Part shown: positions 60,453-64,000 of the stretch, in pieces
Layout: each line of letters starts with the position of its first letter
Position numbering within the stretch: the first letter of the stretch is position 1
Origin: Sedimentisphaerales bacterium
GTDB lineage: Bacteria > Planctomycetota > Phycisphaerae > Sedimentisphaerales > SM23-30
Assembly (NCBI GenBank): GCA_963663805.2
Contig: CAXXMR010000002.1
Coordinates: 64,001-128,000, forward strand
DNA: 64,000 nucleotides
Direction of reading: 5' to 3'
The notes under the pieces: generated by a model
The model's input: only the letters and a program-made list of their open reading frames with translations
The model's database searches: none
What the model was told of the DNA's origin: nothing
Position numbers and translations under genes: made by a program

Positions 60453-61391
60453 TTAATTCGCTACTGCCCGTATCAGCGAAACATAATCTCCCAAATCAAC
60501 AACCCCATCCCAAGGCTCAAAATCCGCCCCCTCACAATAATTGTTCCCCGGCCCACAGTCACTTTGCAGCCAGCCTTCCGCTAGTTTCAAAAGGTCAAAA
60601 ATATCAACCACACAGTCTTCATTCAAATCACCCGCCCGATAATCACAGCCGCTGTTCGCTTCAATAACCTCGTTTATCCATTTAGCGTATGAACTAACCC
60701 GAATTGCGTAATTGTTTTCACCGAACCGGCTTTCATCCAGACGGTCAACACCCTGATTCAATCCCATTACCCGCCATATCCCACCAATATTAATAAACCA
60801 TCCGCCCCCCGAATCATGGTCCGCCAGCACGCCCTCGTATTCCGTCGCAGAATATGCCCCCAAAATATCAAAGTCCGCCACCAGGCAGCCACTCGAAGCT
60901 ATGTCAACTTTGTTCGTGCACCATCTCTCAAACATACTGCCGGAATTCCCCCAGGTATATCCAATAAGATTGTTTGAGTTATCGAGCAGTTCTTCACCTC
61001 GACCCACACCCCAGCCGCCTATCACCACAGTTTTACCAACCTCATTATAATTCGTGAATAAGGGTACAAATCCCGGCAAGTTCGCATGCCCCAGTTTCGC
61101 CACCCGAATATCCTCACCGTTTGGCTCGCACCATTGTTCGACAACCGTGTAACCCACACCCTCGATTTTAACGATTGTGCCCACGCCCCCGCCTTGATGA
61201 GTTGTAGTTATCACCAGATTACGACCAATTACCACACATGATGCGTTGCTGCCCCATTTGCCTAATGCCGAACTGGCAGGACGCTCCGACCAGTCTGCCC
61301 CCGGCTCGCCCGCCGGATGCAATATCAAACCCCACGCCGGCACAACTACCAAAAGCCACGCACACAAAAACAAACATACAGCCTTGTACAT
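60453..61391 (-). CDS. Secreted trypsin-like serine protease with C-terminal dockerin-like domain
   Basis: Signal peptide; ITTTH, EDIRV, HDSGGG triad candidates; GDLNEDCVVDIFDL...WL...GADFEPWDGVVDLGD. Confidence 0.75.
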   Translation of the reverse strand: MYKAVCLFLCAWLLVVVPAWGLILHPAGEPGADWSERPASSALGKWGSNASCVVIGRNLVITTTHQGGGVGTIVKIEGVGYTVVEQWCEPNGEDIRVAKLGHANLPGFVPLFTNYNEVGKTVVIGGWGVGRGEELLDNSNNLIGYTWGNSGSMFERWCTNKVDIASSGCLVADFDILGAYSATEYEGVLADHDSGGGWFINIGGIWRVMGLNQGVDRLDESRFGENNYAIRVSSYAKWINEVIEANSGCDYRAGDLNEDCVVDIFDLLKLAEGWLQSDCGPGNNYCEGADFEPWDGVVDLGDYVSLIRAVAN

Positions 61392-61588
61392 CTTCCTCGA
61401 CCGTTCTCATCCCCACCAGAACTTCCGCAGAACACCAGCCTCCTCAAACCAGCACCCTGCCGCTTACAACTTCTTACACACTAATTCATATAAATCTCAA
61501 ATTCCTCAAAATTAAAATAAAAACCCTCGACCAAAGGTCGAACCTCGCCGTTTCCCTCTTGCCTCATCCCTCATCCCTCTTGCCTTCT

Positions 61589-62548
61589 TCAAATAGGCAT
61601 CTTAACCGGCGGAGCATGACACTCAGCCAAAGGCCGGAAATATTCCACCACCCGCATCATGCCATCCTCAATACTAACCGTAGGCCGCCACCCCAGCTTC
61701 TCCGCCGCCAGGTCAATTACCGGCTTGCGCCGGGTCGGATCATTTTTAGGTAGTGGCTTATAAATAATCTCCGAAGAAGAATCTGTCATCTCGATTATCA
61801 TCTCCGCCACTTCTTTAATTGTTCGTTCATCCGGATTCCCCAGGTTTACCGGCCCCGTGAAATCATCCTGTCCCATCAGCCGAATCAAACCATCTACCAA
61901 ATCGTCTACATAGCAGAACGACCGCGTCTGCGAACCATCACCAAAAATCGTAATCGGCTCACCCCGCAAAGCCTGCAAGATGAAATTACTTACTACCCGC
62001 CCATCATCGGTCGCCATCCGCGGCCCGTAGGTATTGAATATCCGGGCGATGCGAATATCCACACCGTTTTCCCGGTAATAATCGACCATCAGAGTTTCCG
62101 CCACCCGCTTGCCCTCGTCATAGCAGCTCCGCGGCCCGATCGTATTGACATTACCCCAATATCCCTCCGGCTGAGGGTGTATCTCCGGGTCGCCGTATAT
62201 CTCCGAGGTCGAAGCCTGCAATACCCGGGCCTTAACCTCTTTTGCCAACTCCAAAGCGTGAATTACACCCATAACCGAAGTCAGCACCGTCTTGACCGGA
62301 CTCCGCTGATAATGAATCGGCGATGCCGGGCAAGCCAGGTTATAGATATAATCAACTTCAACCCGGTAAGGGTCTGTCACATCATGACGCAATATCTCCA
62401 GATAATCATGGTGCATCAGGTGACGGATATTGTCCTTGCTGCCCGTATGAAAATTATCCAGAATTATAACCGAATGACCTTCTTTAAGTAGGCGTTCGGT
62501 CAGATGACTGCCGATAAAACCCGCACCACCTGTTATCAGTATTTTCAT
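61589..62548 (-). CDS. UDP-glucuronate decarboxylase (UDP-xylose synthase)
   Basis: [46 protein letters not shown]. Confidence 0.93.
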   Translation of the reverse strand: MKILITGGAGFIGSHLTERLLKEGHSVIILDNFHTGSKDNIRHLMHHDYLEILRHDVTDPYRVEVDYIYNLACPASPIHYQRSPVKTVLTSVMGVIHALELAKEVKARVLQASTSEIYGDPEIHPQPEGYWGNVNTIGPRSCYDEGKRVAETLMVDYYRENGVDIRIARIFNTYGPRMATDDGRVVSNFILQALRGEPITIFGDGSQTRSFCYVDDLVDGLIRLMGQDDFTGPVNLGNPDERTIKEVAEMIIEMTDSSSEIIYKPLPKNDPTRRKPVIDLAAEKLGWRPTVSIEDGMMRVVEYFRPLAECHAPPVKMPI

Positions 62549-62590
62549 GCAAATCCTTATTGTTGGTACGACCCGAATAAACAGATTCCG

Positions 62591-62619
62591 ATTATAGCTA
62601 ATCGCCCCCCAAAAACCAA
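62591..62619 (-). promoter_or_regulatory. Candidate sigma70 promoter of the polysaccharide operon
   Basis: Minus strand TTGGTT-N17-TATAAT. Confidence 0.5.
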
Positions 62620-62722
62620 AGCAACTTTATCCTCCTAAACAATATTTTCGATGACCAAAACTGGAAAAAACGCTCAAAAAAGACAAAAAACAGGCTTTTT
62701 TTGAAAAAAAACCCAATCCTGT

Positions 62723-62739
62723 TCGGCACATTTATTGCT
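62723..62739 (+). promoter_or_regulatory. sigma54 (-24/-12) promoter
   Basis: TCGGCAC-ATTTA-TTGCT, preceded by an A/T-tract-rich region. Confidence 0.65.
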
Positions 62740-62835
62740 TTAGGCTTTTGGCCTCCTGTATTTTTTTTAAAAAAAACCCGAAATGTTAAGATAGGTAATT
62801 TGCGCTCGAGGGATATTTATGCTCTAATAGGAGGC

Positions 62836-64000
62836 ATGAGTGCTAAGCGTCAGAAAATCAAGGAGCGGGACCTGCGTGGGTTCAAGTATTTCAAGTCCCT
62901 CTCGGCTCTGCTGAAAGGTCTTCACTCGGCGGGATGTGAGCGGGACCGGGCCGGCAATCGCACATTATTCATGGACCAGTATGTCAGTCTGCTGCTGTTA
63001 TACATGTTCAATCCGATCTGCAGTTCCATCCGGTCTTTGCAGCAGGCCGGCGAGCTCAAAAAGGTACAGCGGCTGTTGGGTTGTTCGCGTGCTTCGCTGG
63101 GTTCGCTTTCGGAAGCATCCCGGGTTTTTGAGAGTTCTTTGTTAGAGCCGATAATCGCTCAACTCACTGAGCAGTTAGGGCCGATATCTCAGGACAAAAA
63201 ACTGGAAGTCGGTCAGGTCATTACCCTGGTGGACGGCAGCAGTATTCAGGCTTTGCAAAAACTCACTCAGGCTGCCTGGGACACCGACAAACCCGGAATT
63301 AAAGCACACACTCAGTTTGATCTGGAAAAATATGTGCCTCTGAAAATAAATATCAGTGAAGACAAGTCTGATGAGCGAAAGGTTTTTTTAGAGAATCTTC
63401 AGCCCGGCCGGATTTATGTCAATGATCGCGGATATGCCTGTTTTAAGCTGTTTCAGGCCATTGTGGATAGTAAAAGCTCTTTTGTCTGTCGGCTGCGTGA
63501 GGATACGGTTTACGAAACTATTCAGGAAAAACCTTTAACTGAAGATGCTCGAAAAGCGGGGATAATTTTTGATCGTACGGTAATCGCCGGCAGCAGTGAA
63601 AAACTGCGGGAAGATTTCAAACAACCGTTACGCCTGATAGCGGTTGAATGTCAACCGCATTTGAAACGGGGCCAGGGACCACGTCAGAGTGAGATGATTT
63701 TGATTGCCACCGACCGGCTGGACCTGGACGCCGAAGTCATTGCCCTGCTCTATCAGAAACGCTGGGCCATCGAAATATTTTTCCGCTTTTTTAAGCATGT
63801 GCTGGGCTGCCGACATCTGCTAAGCCTCTGCGAAAACGGTATCGAACTGCAGATGTACGCCGCGATTATCGCCTGTATGCTGATCAGCCTGTGGACGGGC
63901 AAAAAACCAACTTTAAGAACCTACGAAATGCTCTGCTGGCACCTCTGCGGCATGGCCGACGAGCAAGAAATGCAGAACCATATCAATAAACTCCAAAGCC
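62836..64000 (+). mobile_element. IS4-family transposase (runs off the right edge)
   Basis: Manual translation from ATG 62836 (AGGAGG RBS): LVDGS, NDRGY, YQKRWAIEIFFRFFK (Y-x2-R-x3-E-x6-K); IS ends not identified. Confidence 0.92.

Noticed and set aside
58860..61590. Integron attC sites (GTT cores)
   Set aside because: No RYYYAAC...GTTRRRY pairing with a long imperfect palindrome, and no integrase seen

Overview
Bacterial chromosomal window, probably from a Planctomycetota (Phycisphaerae/Sedimentisphaerales-like) organism. This assignment is inferred from a prepilin/H-X9-DG protein, C-terminal dockerin-like EF-hand domains, a PEP-CTERM protein and GLUG repeats. Left to right: a partial SPFH/HflK-like membrane gene, an ABC permease and thiS-thiG-dinG. 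Next, a minus-strand three-gene operon (prepilin-type H-X9-DG protein, secreted dockerin-like protein, MFS) with its own sigma54 promoter sits back-to-back with a sigma54-driven group II Mo-nitrogenase operon nifH-nifI1-nifI2-nifD-nifK-[2Fe-2S]fdx; no nifE/N/B is present in the window. Then come a 2292-aa secreted GLUG-repeat protein with a very recent internal duplication, a frameshifted DDE IS, a PEP-CTERM gene, a VWA(TonB-like)-ExbB-ExbD-ExbD-TPR operon, a lipoprotein operon, tandem nucleoside hydrolases, a DEAD-box helicase, a metB-family gene, a chromosomal TraT-like lipoprotein and an esterase. A ~23-kb Wzx/Wzy polysaccharide locus follows, interrupted by accessory modules (FN3 gene with a 21-bp repeat array, wecB remnant, MNT-HEPN pair, trypsin-dockerin gene) and short GCCGTT-bounded intergenic elements. 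An IS4 transposase lies at the right edge, downstream of an orphan sigma54 promoter. No tRNA, rRNA or CRISPR array was seen. All calls come from reading motifs by eye; no database searches were run.
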